From: Malassezia furfur
Lineage: Eukaryota
Assembly: GCA_052055015.1 (NCBI GenBank)
Contig: JBQJIT010000004.1
Length of the DNA: 64,000 nucleotides
Direction: 5' to 3' (one strand)
Both the position numbers and the translations under genes were made by a program. Numbering within the stretch: position 1 is the stretch's first letter; each line of letters opens with the position of its first letter. A model generated the notes under the pieces. It did not search any database. It saw only the letters and a program-made list of their open reading frames with translations, and was not told where the DNA came from. Positions 21,518 to 32,300 of this stretch are shown here, one piece after another.

Positions 21518-23011
21518 CTACCGCATTTCGACCGAGCCACTCGATAACGACGGGACGTACTCCAGCGAGAGCTCCTGGTATGGCTCCGAGTTTTCGTGGA
21601 AATAGAAGCCGCGCATGTGTCCACGCCGGCGCCGGGACACGCGCGGTGCCGACGGAGACACAGGCGCCGCCTGCGACGTGTCGGAGCCCATGTCGGCGTC
21701 CTCGGAAAGGGTGCGGGTATGCTGTGGGCGCCAGGGCAGGGAAGGAGACTCGGCGACCTCGCCGTCTTCGAGCGCCACGCAGATGTAATAGAAACCGGCG
21801 AAGCTTGCACCGTTGATGTTGCGCACGCGGTGGTCCGGCACGAGGAACTGCTCTTTCCAACGCATAAAGATGACCGGCTGTTCGAGCGCGTTGAAGGGCG
21901 CCTTGAGGTCCGGCAGCTGGTCCCGGATCCGCGCAAACTCAGGAAAGCGTGACCAGTGTTTGATGTCATCAGCCTCGGTGGCATCCCATTTGCCTGTTAC
22001 AAAGCTGTACTTGTTCCCGATGATCTCGGCGTCAAAGTAGGTCGTCAGCTCGGGCCACTCTTTGGTGAGTCCGCAGATCTTGAGGTAACCACCGAGCGTC
22101 GAGGCAGCGAAGTCGACGTTGGTCACTTCCACCGTCACATTGTAGCTGTTCCGCCCGTTGCGCTGCGTGCCGACAAATACGGCACCGGGGTATAGACATC
22201 CGCGGATCACTTGGTCCGCGGCGCGCGACAGATCGCCGGGCAGATCGGGCGCAAATGGATCGCTCCATATGGGCATCTCGAGCGAGACTTTGCCCGCGCG
22301 CTGCGCCGCCGCCTTGTTCTCCTCGCTGGGCGGCGCATTGTGCGCGCAGTAGTCGCGCAAGCGCTGGGTGCTGAGACGCTTGCGGGCCATCAGCCATGGC
22401 GCAAAGTGTGCCGGATCGCCCTCGCTCGTGTCGCGCAGCAGCACGTCGAGCAAGTCCTGCATGGACCGATCCGAGGTGAGCATCCCGGACCGCGGCTCGT
22501 CGGCCGCAGCCTTGCCCTTGGTCGGCGCACCCTTCGCCGGAACGTCAGCGGTGTCGTCTTCGTTAGGCCGGCGAGATGCCGAGATGTCTTTCCCTTTCTC
22601 TTGCCATGGGCCTTGAGAGTCGTCCAGCGTGAGGCGCGGCTGGTTCTGCGCCATCGGCATGAACGGCTGAAACTCTTGCGCGAGTGCCTCATCCCACTGC
22701 GATTGGCTCCGTGGCAAAGTCGATGTCACGGCATCGGTTGGGTAGTACGATTCGGGAAGTGACATGGAGACGCCATGGTGTGACTCGATGCTCTTAGATA
22801 CGAGATACAGACACTGCGCACACACTGCGTCCTCCTCTCGGAGCGTGTTCTTGAGCACCTCGGGGGTCATGCCTTGGGCGACATTGGCACGACTTGCCAC
22901 ACCACGCGCAACATCCGCGGGGCCACAAGTGAAGCTCGAGTCCGTTGCATTGCTCGTGAACGATGCACCGCACGACGCACACTGTCGTTCCGCGTCGCGG
23001 GAGTTGTTCAT
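21518..23011 (-). CDS. GID4: GID/CTLH ligase substrate receptor Gid4/Vid24 (start uncertain)
   Basis: LYPGAVFVGTQ, LTTYFDAEIIG, IFMRWKEQF, GASFAGFYY and SEPYQEL are the Vid24 beta-barrel motifs. An upstream spliced exon could extend the N-terminus. Confidence 0.88.
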   Translation of the reverse strand: MNNSRDAERQCASCGASFTSNATDSSFTCGPADVARGVASRANVAQGMTPEVLKNTLREEDAVCAQCLYLVSKSIESHHGVSMSLPESYYPTDAVTSTLPRSQSQWDEALAQEFQPFMPMAQNQPRLTLDDSQGPWQEKGKDISASRRPNEDDTADVPAKGAPTKGKAAADEPRSGMLTSDRSMQDLLDVLLRDTSEGDPAHFAPWLMARKRLSTQRLRDYCAHNAPPSEENKAAAQRAGKVSLEMPIWSDPFAPDLPGDLSRAADQVIRGCLYPGAVFVGTQRNGRNSYNVTVEVTNVDFAASTLGGYLKICGLTKEWPELTTYFDAEIIGNKYSFVTGKWDATEADDIKHWSRFPEFARIRDQLPDLKAPFNALEQPVIFMRWKEQFLVPDHRVRNINGASFAGFYYICVALEDGEVAESPSLPWRPQHTRTLSEDADMGSDTSQAAPVSPSAPRVSRRRRGHMRGFYFHENSEPYQELSLEYVPSLSSGSVEMR

Positions 23012-23074
23012 GTCGCCACTCGTACCGCCGTCGCGCGTCGGTGCGCACGAGTAAGGGTCCGGTACTAGCGCGAT

Positions 23075-23156
23075 TTGCTCGGCCGATGTCAAAATTCGCC
23101 GATTTCGTGGAGACTAACCTTGACAGGGTTGTATCCAAAGGGTATCATCATCCAAG
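23075..23156 (-). ncRNA. Candidate intronic box C/D snoRNA (target not identified)
   Basis: Perfect box C ATGATGA (23145-23151), CCGA D-like box (23079-23082), flanking GGTACT/AGTACC stem; lies downstream of a CAG|GTAGGT donor at 23187. Confidence 0.35.
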
Positions 23157-23295
23157 TACCCCAATACTCGGACACCACCCAACCTACCTGGCAAACAGGG
23201 AACCACGAAAGCGTCTACCAAGTTACACATATCTACACATTACGGTGAAGACCTGTCGGTCAGTATTGCTCAACAACATGGTAGGGAGTGCGTGA

Positions 23296-23381
23296 TTGCT
23301 CAGAAAAAATAGGCAATATAGGTTTATCCTCGCTTCCCCGAAGGGATCGGATCAGGTCTGTGTATTTGTTTCATCCTGGCA
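23296..23381 (-). ncRNA. Intronic box C/D snoRNA, snR56/SNORD25-like (18S Gm1428 yeast numbering)
   Basis: Box C-like AGGATGA; guide CACAGACCTG complementary to conserved 18S CAGGUCUGUG; D' CCGA; second element TATTGCCT complementary to adjacent 18S AGGCAAUA; box D CTGA. Lies inside a GTACGT..TACTGAC..CAG intron (23253-23408). Confidence 0.8.
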
Positions 23382-23532
23382 GATACGCACAGCCCTCCGT
23401 GTACGTACCTTGCTGTCCGCGTCGCTCGCTCGAGTCGACGCGAGAAGACAAAAGGCCTGACCCTCAGAAATCACGTGCCAAACGCGCGACGGCGCACGGC
23501 CAACCGACACCAACATCGTGCATCGTAAGACC

Positions 23533-24263
23533 ATGTCGACCTACTTTGATACGCTCCAGATCGTACGCTACTGGCACTAACAAATAGACGTACAACGACG
23601 TTCCCATCACAGAGCATGGCGTTGCGACCGTCGAATTCATGTCCGCAACCGAGGGCGTCGTTGCCCTGTTCGACCTGTTTGGCAGCGCCGCATTTGGTGT
23701 CGTTCAGAGCGACATGAACGGCAACATTGCCGTACGTCGTCCCAACTCACCACAGAAAATTCGCACACGGCTCCTGGAGACTGGCCCGGAAAAGTCAGGG
23801 ACGCTTGAGCTGCTGGTCCAGAACGAGGGTAAGCCCGGCGAGAAGAAGCGCACTGCCACGGAGGGCCTCCTCTGGCTGTTGCGGTACGTGCACGCGTCTC
23901 ATGCAGCGGCCTGGAATTCACATCCAAAGCGCTCCGCCGCTCACTCGACAACCCCAGCGAGGAACTGAGCGTGAGCTTTACCAAGGCGTACGAAGACTCT
24001 CTGCGGAAATACCACAGCATCATGGTGCGACCCATCTTTTCTGTATGTGCATTTCCTGACCTAGCTCGCTATGAAAGCATGCCCCTACCGCAAAGACTTT
24101 TATGCGAAGCTGGGCGCGCCGCAAGACCGTGTCAATGCGCAGCTCGAGGAGTGGGTTACCTCGCTTGAGCGGATCGTGCGCGAGCTGCAGCAATTCTACG
24201 AGTATGTTCCTGTAATGCGCTGACTCTTCGCACAGACAGGGAAATTACGCTAAGGGCCTGTAA
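23533..24263 (+). CDS. Glycolipid transfer protein (GLTP/HET-C2 family); introns 23563-23587, 23732-23755, 23884-23906, 24043-24064, 24202-24235
   Basis: After splicing: VQSDMNGNIAKIR, ATEGLLWLLRGLEF, AYEDSLRKYH and AMKACPYRKDF. Confidence 0.9.
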
Positions 24264-24344
24264 TTGTGTTGGTTTAGCCGTCCGTGCATGTAGCTGCGAA
24301 TGATCGGTTGTGCCCCACAGCCGGAGGGATCGAATCCGGGGCAT

Positions 24345-24357
24345 GAACCAATCAGAA
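24345..24357 (+). promoter_or_regulatory. CCAAT box (GAACCAATCAGAA) upstream of FBA1
   Basis: Matches the Hap/NF-Y consensus RRCCAATCA; an identical 13-mer occurs at 59493-59505. Confidence 0.55.
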
Positions 24358-24493
24358 CTCGACGCTGGGGTCCACGGTGGTCTGCGCTGGACCGGCTGCT
24401 GACATAAACATAGACTAGCGGGACCATGTGCGGGGACGAACGGAGCAGACCTTCCGAAACCGCACTACCGGTTCTCTACTTCCAACTATCACT

Positions 24494-25047
24494 ATGGGAT
24501 TGCTCGACATTGCCCCCCCTGGCGTTGTGTCCGGTAAGGACGTCTACAAGGTCTTCGACTACGCCCGCGAGAACAAGTTCGCCATCCCGGCGTTCAACGT
24601 CACCGTATGTACCTTCCACACACTCCTTCGTTGCTAACCGTGCAGACCTCGTCTGTGGCGAACGCTGCTCTCGAGGCGGCCCGTGATGCCAAGTCGCCCC
24701 TGATTCTCCAGCTATCTCAGGGCGGCGCCGCCTTCTTTGCCGGTAAGGGTCTCTCGAACGACAACCAGCAGGCTTCGATCGCCGGTGCTACCGCTGCTGC
24801 GCACTACATCCGTTCGGTTGCGAAGGAGTACGGTGTGCCGGTGATTCTGCACTCGGACCACTGCGCCAAGAAGCTTCTTCCGTGGTTTGACGGCATGCTT
24901 GCCGCTGACGAGGAGTACTTCAAGCAGACTGGTGAGCCGCTGTTCAGCTCGCACATGCTCGACCTTTCGGAGGAGCCGAAGGAGGAGAACATTGAGATCT
25001 GCCGCAAGTACCTCGAGCGCATGGCCAAGATCGGCGTGTGGCTGGAG

Positions 25048-25085
<38 letters not shown>

Positions 25086-25611
25086 GAATAACGAGAACGT
25101 GAACAACGCCTCTCTCTACACGCAGCCAGAGGACATCTGGGACATCTACAAGACGTTCAGCGCCATCACGCCCAACTTCTCGATTGCGGCTGGCTTCGGT
25201 AACGTGCACGGTGTGTACAAGCCTGGCAATGTCTCGCTGCGCCCTGAACTGCTGCGCATGCACCAGGACTACGTCCGCGAGCAGGTCAAGAGCGACAAGG
25301 AGAACCCTGTGTTCCTTGTCTTCCACGGTGGCTCGGGCTCGGAGAAGCATGAAATTTCCGAGGCGGTCAAGAACGGTGTGGTGAAGATGAACGTGGACAC
25401 CGACACCCAGTACGCCTACCTCGAGGGCATCCGTGACTTCATCCTCAACAAGAAGGACTACCTCATGTCGCAGGTTGGCAACCCGGATGGCAAGGACAAG
25501 CCGAACAAGAAGTTCTACGACCCGCGTGTCTGGCTGCGCGAGGGTGAAAAGACGATGGCTAAGCGCTGCATCATCGCCTTCGACGACCTCAACTCGTCGA
25601 ACAAGCTCTAG
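24494..25611 (+). CDS. FBA1: Class II fructose-bisphosphate aldolase; intron 24605-24645 (41 nt)
   Basis: HSDHC, GGEEDGV, FGNVHGVY, VFHGGSG, KMNVDTD and YDPRVW motifs. Confidence 0.97.
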
Positions 25612-25731
25612 GCTTGCTTTGATATAGACCACATTGCAAACTAGACTAAATTTTTTTCTCGGAGAAGCGTCCCGCGCAGTGCGGCAGGGGGGGATGGTAT
25701 CGGCGGCAGCGACGCAGGGCAGGCGGGCTGC

Positions 25732-26088
25732 TTAGAAGCCGCGCGGGTTCACACGGAGCGTCTTCCGGGTCCATTTCGGCACCTTGTGCACACTCTTACG
25801 GAAATTGACACCGCGGGGAGAAAAGACGGTGTATTTGTCACGAGGGTGCATTTCACTCTCTTTCGGCAGGGTGAGGTTGTTTGTAAGGGCTTTGCACTCC
25901 ACGCCGCTGGCGCGCACCGTTTCAATGACCGTGTCCACATCACGAAGACGTTGCCGAACGCGTGACTTACGCGGGCCAGAAAGGCGCCACGGGTTCTTCC
26001 TGAGCCATTAGCATTCATTCGCTAGTACGTACCACAAGAGACCGCCTAGCGCGGTGCTGCTCGGGCGGAATGCCCCGAGAAAAGACAT
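25732..26088 (-). CDS. MRPL31: Mitochondrial ribosomal protein mL60; intron 26000-26032 (33 nt)
   Basis: Spliced GGLLWKNPWRLS; LPKESEMHPRDKYTVF..RKSVHKVPKWTR. Confidence 0.9.
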
Positions 26089-26128
26089 GATGGCGCTGGG
26101 TGCGACGGCGATGCTCCTCATCTTCCCG

Positions 26129-26154
26129 CACGTGACGTGTGTACCTTCCACGTG
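26129..26154. promoter_or_regulatory. Twin CACGTG boxes (26129-26134, 26149-26154) in the divergent MRPL31/SERCA promoter
   Basis: Motifs read directly in a 110-nt intergenic spacer. Confidence 0.5.
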
Positions 26155-26198
26155 GAACGTACGAAGCTTCGCTGCACAGCTTGGTTGCAGCCACGGTG

Positions 26199-29100
26199 AT
26201 GGAGAACGCGTGGACGTATTCGGTGCAGGATGCCCTGCACTATTACCATGTGCGCCCCGAAAAAGGTCTGAATCGCGAGCAAGTCGCAGAAGCTCGGCGC
26301 AAATTTGGGCCCAATGGTACGTATCTACGTGGCCTATGCGCGGTTGCTAACCTTCAGAGCTGGAGGATGAGCCGGCGACGCCGCTCTGGAAGTTGATTCT
26401 TGCACAGTTCCAGGACCAGCTTGTGGTCGTTCTCTTGGCATCAGCTGTGGTGTCACTCGTGCTCGCACTTGCCGAGAACGAGGGAGGCCTGGCCAATGCT
26501 CTGGTGGAGCCGATGGTCATCTTCTTGATTCTCATCGCGAACGCGACCGTGGGTGTATTGCAAGAGCGCAACGCGGACCAATCGATCCAGGCATTGCGTG
26601 CCTACTCACCCGAACAGGCGATTGTGAACCGCGATGGCCACACAAGCCGTGTGAATGCTGTGGATCTTGTGCCTGGCGACATTGTGGTACTTTCGACGGG
26701 TGATCGCGTGCCAGCAGACTGCCGTGTGCTGGAGCTGCGCTCTTCGAGCCTGCAGGTTGATCAAGCCATCTTGACAGGCGAGTCGGAGAGTGTTTACAAA
26801 AACACCGAGGTGGTGTCAGACACTCATGCCGTGAAGCAAGACATGACCAACATGCTCTTCTGCGGCACGAGCATCGTGAGCGGCTCCTGCCTTGCCCTCG
26901 TTGTCTTGACCGGTTCCAAGACTGCTATTGGTGACATCCACACCGAGATTGGACAGGAGTCGGAGTCCAAGACGCCGCTGCAGCAGAAGCTCGACGACTT
27001 TGGCGAGCTGCTGGCCAAGGCGATCATGGTCATTTGCATCCTCGTGTGGGTGGTTAACGTGCGCAACTTCTTTGACCCTGTGCACCATGGATGGGTGCGT
27101 GGTGCAATGTATTATTTCAAGATCGCCGTCGCCCTCGCGGTTGCTGCGATTCCCGAGGGTCTGGCCGCGGTAATCACCGCTTGCCTAGCGCTCGGCACGC
27201 AAAAAATGGCGCGCAAGAATGCGATTGTGCGTCACCTCCCGAGTGTCGAGACGCTTGGCTCTACGAGCGTGATCTGCTCGGACAAGACGGGCACACTGAC
27301 GACCAACCAAATGAGTGTGGTGCATGTGTGTCTGGCTGGGGACATGCGTAAGGAGTACGACGTGTCAGGCACGTCGTTTGGTCCCGAGGGGGAGCTGTCG
27401 TTGCAAGGCGAGCGCGTCATGGGGGTAAACCAATCTGACAGTGCGATGCTGGCACTGGTCGAGACGTGTGCCGTGTGCAACGATGCGAAAATTTCCATGC
27501 CGGGCCCTGGGCAGTACAAAGCACTGGGCCAGGCGACCGAGGCGGCGCTCAAAACGCTCGTGGAGAAGATCGGGCATCATGACACTGCTGAGCAGGCCCG
27601 TTTGGAGGCGTATGAGCCTGCGCTGCGTGCGAACGCCGTTTCGACACGCTACGCGGAGCAGCTCCCGCGCCTGCTCACGCTCGAGTTCTCGCGTGACCGC
27701 AAGTTGATGTCAACGCTGGTACGGCATCCGGTGGCCGGCAGCCGTCTGCTGGTCAAGGGTGCGCCCGAGTCGGTGCTGGAGCGCTGCACATCGGTGTATG
27801 TCGATGCCAAGACGCGCACGCCGTTGGGTGAATCTCAGCGGCGCGCATTGCAGGCCAAGCTCGAGGCGTACGGTCGCGATGGACTGCGCGCGCTTGCGCT
27901 TGCGGTTCGGGACAACGTGCAGGTTGACAACCCTCTGGCGCCCGCCGATGCGCAGGCGCTGGAGTGTGACCTGTCGCTTGTGGGCATCGTGGGGATGCGC
28001 GACCCGCCGCGCCCTGAGGTGCGTGCCGCGATCCGGGAGTCGATGGACGCTGGCGTGCGTGTGGTGGTCATCACCGGCGACAACCAGCACACGGCCGAAG
28101 CAATTTGCCGGCAGATTGGGCTGCTGGACGACCATGCGGCGGACGTGAGCCAGCTTTCATACACGGGCCGTGACCTGGACACAATGAGCGATGCGGAGAA
28201 GGCGGCGATGGTGAAGCGGGTGGTGCTATTTTCGCGCACCGAGCCGAGTCACAAGAGCCAGATTGTGGACCTGCTGCAGTCGCAGAACGAGGTGGTGGCC
28301 ATGACCGGCGATGGTGTGAACGATGCGCCTGCGTTGAAGCGTGCCGACATTGGTGTCGCGATGGGCACCGGTACGGACGTGGCGAAGCTGGCAGCGGACA
28401 TGGTGCTGGCTGACAACAACTTTGCGACGATCGTGTCGGCGATTGAGGAGGGGCGCAGCATCTTTAACAACACGCAGTCCTTCATCCGCTACCTGATCTC
28501 GTCCAACATTGGCGAGGTGGTGAGCATCTTTTTGACGGTGCTGCTTGGCATGCCTGAGGCGCTGATCCCCGTGCAGCTGCTGTGGGTGAATCTGGTGACC
28601 GATGGCCTGCCGGCCACTGCGCTCGGCTTCAACCCGCCGGACCGTGCGGTGATGCGTGTTCCGCCACGCAAGCGCGATGAGCCGCTGGTGTCGCGCTGGC
28701 TATTTGTGCGCTACATGCTGATCGGCTCGTTCGTGGGCTTCGCGACCGTGTTTGGGTATGCGTGGTGGTTCATGTACTACACGGGGGGCCCGCAGATCTC
28801 CTTCTACCAGCTGACGCACTTCCACCACTGTGCCACGCGGTTCCCCGAGGTGGGCTGTGCCATGTTCCACGACGAGTCGTCGCGCCGCGCGTCGACGATG
28901 AGCCTGAGCATTCTGGTGACCATTGAGATGCTCAATGCGCTCAACTCGCTGTCGGAGAGCGACAGTCTTCTGACGCACCCCCCGTTCAAGAACTTGTGGC
29001 TCGTCGGAGCGATTGCGCTGTCCATGATGCTGCACGTCATGATCCTCTACGTGCCCTACTTCAACGATCTCTTCTCCATCACGCCGCTGAACCAGGCCGA

Positions 29101-29221
29101 GTGGCTGGCAGTGTTCGTCATCTCGTTCCCCGTGGTGATCATTGACGAGGCGTGCAAGTTTTTCGCGCGTCGGGCCATCCATAGCGTGCCGCGTGCCGCG
29201 GCGCCGGCCAAATCATCGTAG
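26199..29221 (+). CDS. SERCA-type P2A Ca2+-ATPase; intron 26317-26357 (41 nt)
   Basis: [39 protein letters not shown] and [10 protein letters not shown] motifs. Confidence 0.96.
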
Positions 29222-29349
29222 TGTGGTCTTCGTGTTCGTTCCCATGACACAATTGTGCCGGACAATTGCTCACCCATATCTATGTACTGTACAAGTGCAT
29301 TCGTTCCATGCCTCGCCTCTGGGCGCACCATACCACGCCTCCGCTACAA

Positions 29350-32300
29350 TCAACCGCTGGGCGTGTGCGAGTGGACGTGGGGCAGTGTCGCACTCATGTC
29401 GCTCGGCATGTTGGAGATCGGCGTGCCCTGCCCCGGGTGCTCGTTCATGCTGAACGCCGGGCGGCGTGCCGGAATGGACAGCATCAGCGAAGCCACCTGG
29501 TCCTGCTGCCGCTGCTCGATCATGTTCCAGAGCTGCGTCGCCCGCAGCGGGTCCTGTGCCATGAGCTTTTGCGGCAGCGTCTTGGTGGCCGCTGGTGCGG
29601 TCGACGGCGCAGCAGCGGCGGCGGCAGCGTCCTTGACGCTCGCGTTCCCCACAAACACGGCGGTCTGATTCATCGGCGAGGGCTGCGGCAAGCCCGCAAG
29701 CGGCTGCTGCCCCGGGTACAGCGCGTGACCGTTCGGGACGTTGTACGGCTGGTTCGGGGTGAGGCCATCGGACTTGGCCGCGAGGCTGCTGCTGGGCTCC
29801 AGGCCCATGTACTGCAGCCGGTTGTCCATGTACACCGGAGGCGTAAAGGGAAAGGGGATCGAATTGAGCACGTCGGGCGCGCGCGACGGCTCGACCACCT
29901 CGTACTTCATCGACTCACGCTCGAACGGCGTCTCGGGCAGGCCGCAGCCCTGCAGCGGCAGGCCGAGCACCTGGCCGTTGGTGGACGCGCCGGGCAGCAT
30001 GCCGAGGCCTTCGGTGCCGTGCGTGTGCTCCGCGCCGACGTGCACGGGCGCGACCTGCGGCTCGGCGCGCACGTCGGGGGCGGCGCTTTGCGCCGCGTCG
30101 GTGGGAGGCAGCACCTTGAGGAAGAAAGAGTGTTCCAAGCGGTGGAGCTGGCCGAGGTGCACATACAGCGCCGTGACGCTCACCTCGCCGCTCTGCGCGG
30201 TGCTCTGGGGGACACCGGTGAGGACCTTTTCGTTGTCCTCCCAGTGGATCCACGAGGGGAGTGTGTTGGCCGTGTACACCACCTTGATGCTGCTCGACGA
30301 CGCCTGCGGGTCCCAGATGCGTAAGTTCCACGTCCAGCGCTCATTGACGTGCGCGACCTTGCTGAGCGTCCCGGCAATCTTGGGCGAGAAGGTACGGAAC
30401 ACCCAACCGCCCTCGGGCAGCTTCTTGGCCTCAATGTTCCAGATGTGGTTGCCCTTGCTCTTGGCCTTCTTGCCGTCCTCGTTGAAGCGCGAGATGTATG
30501 GCTGCGTCCAGAGGTACTGCTTGATCTTCTTGATCGAGCAAATCCCTTCGTGGATGCCGCGGTTCACCAGCTCCGACTGGAATGCATTCGTAAACGCCTG
30601 GATGCGGAATTTGAACGGGCGGAAGTCGGGCGACTCGTCGAGGCGCGCCATCTTTTTCGGCATGAGCGTCTGGTGAATCGGCTCGCCGCGGTCGTCGGTC
30701 GCCTCGAGGTTCGAGCAGAGCGAGTTCAGGAACTCGTGGAAGATGTCGTCCAGACGCTTGCGCAGCTCGGGCGACAGCTCGTTCCCACCCGTCTTGTCGA
30801 GCTGCCCTATGCTCTCCCACGACTCGTCCACACTCGAGTCACCGCCGGGCACCGGCAGGGCCACCGGCAGTGTCCCACTCTCGTCCGTGCCGTTACTCGA
30901 GCGCCGCGAGTGTGCGAGCGTCGCATGTGCCTCGCCCGCCGACTCGGTGCCGGTGAGTGCGCCCGGCTGTCCCTCGGGCCACACAGGCGTCGATGCCGCG
31001 TCGTTGCGTGCCGCATACGCCAGCGAATCAACGTCAAAGCGCAGCGTGTCGGTCGCAAGCGGCGTGCTCGGCTCGGTACGCGCGTGCGAGAACGGCGCAA
31101 TGCGCGCGCCCATCGAGTTGGCGCGGTTGCGTGAAAGGAGCCCCGGCTGCGTCTCGCTCACGACGCGCGGCTTGAGATTCGCGAGCGGCGCGGCCTTGGG
31201 GGTGCGTGCGGGGTCCTCGGCTCGCGGCGTGCCCAGCAGCACCTGCGAGGAACCCGCCTCGCCAAAGAAGGGCGCATGGTGCGCGGGTGCGGCCGTTGGC
31301 GTGCCGGCCGCGAGCTTGAGTGGAGAAGACTGAGTATCGATGCCGTGCAAATCAAACATGGGCGTCTGCGGTGGGGCGGGCGAAAAGAGCGCGGGAGCAG
31401 ATGTGTCCGTGCCGCGCCGGGCCGCTGCATGCTCGTCGAGCTCCGTGGTGCGCTGCAGCATGGCCTGCGCACCGGGCAGGTCCCCCCGCAGCACCTTGAC
31501 TGGCAGCTCGCGCGCGTCGGTCGGGCTCGGCCGCTTGCGCCGCCCGGGGCTCGCCTGCACGCCGGAAAAGAGCGCGGCGGAAAAGAGGTGTTGCTCCTTT
31601 TCGGGCGAGAGCGTCGGCGAGTTGTGCGTCGCCGCCGAGAACGCGGGGGCAGACGCCGATACGCTGTGCGTCTCGTCCGTATTTGCCTGCATCTTGTGTT
31701 GCTGGTAGTCAACGGCGGTTGCTAAACTCTCCACGCCAATGTCCGAAATGGCACGCAGGCGCGAGCGCACCTCAGACAAGTTTTCGCTGCACTTGTCGTA
31801 CTGTGCGCCATGGAACAACTGGCGTGCGTCTGCGGCCTTTGCAGCGAGCTCTTCCAGGAGCCCACCGATCTTGGGCAGGTATTGCTCTGAGTCGCTCGCA
31901 GCGCCAGGCTGCACGACAATCTGGGTCATCTTGGACGACTTGGCATCCGCGGTCGGTGCCGAAAACGCGAGCCGAAGGCCGCTCGGCGTATTCATGATCC
32001 CCGCTGAGGACGACGGTGGGACCTGCAACGTACTTGCCGTGGCCAGCGTGATATCGCTCCCGGCGAACGACGCCGCGTCGCCCGCTGCGAGCGACACCTG
32101 GGTTGAATTGTGGAGAGGCGGTGCGCGGAGCCCCTCGATTGGGGCTTCTTGTGGCGTCTGCACCGTTGGCGTTGGCGCCGAGAAGGCGTAAGGAAGGGGG
32201 AGGACGTTATGCGGTACGTTGGAGGACGACTGCTGCGTGGCCTGCTGTGCGGACGCATGTAGCGGCGTATGCATGCCGCCCATCACCGACGAGCCTACGC

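Noticed and set aside
24312..24344. GGATCGAATCC resembling a tRNA T-loop / B box
   Set aside because: No cloverleaf, D arm or anticodon arm can be built; it is only a small hairpin in the FBA1 promoter.
24712..25632. Long antisense ORFs (also 4607-6067, 42895-44298, 50731-52737, 58123-59325)
   Set aside because: They are shadow frames of GC3-biased genes on the opposite strand, with no recognisable motifs.
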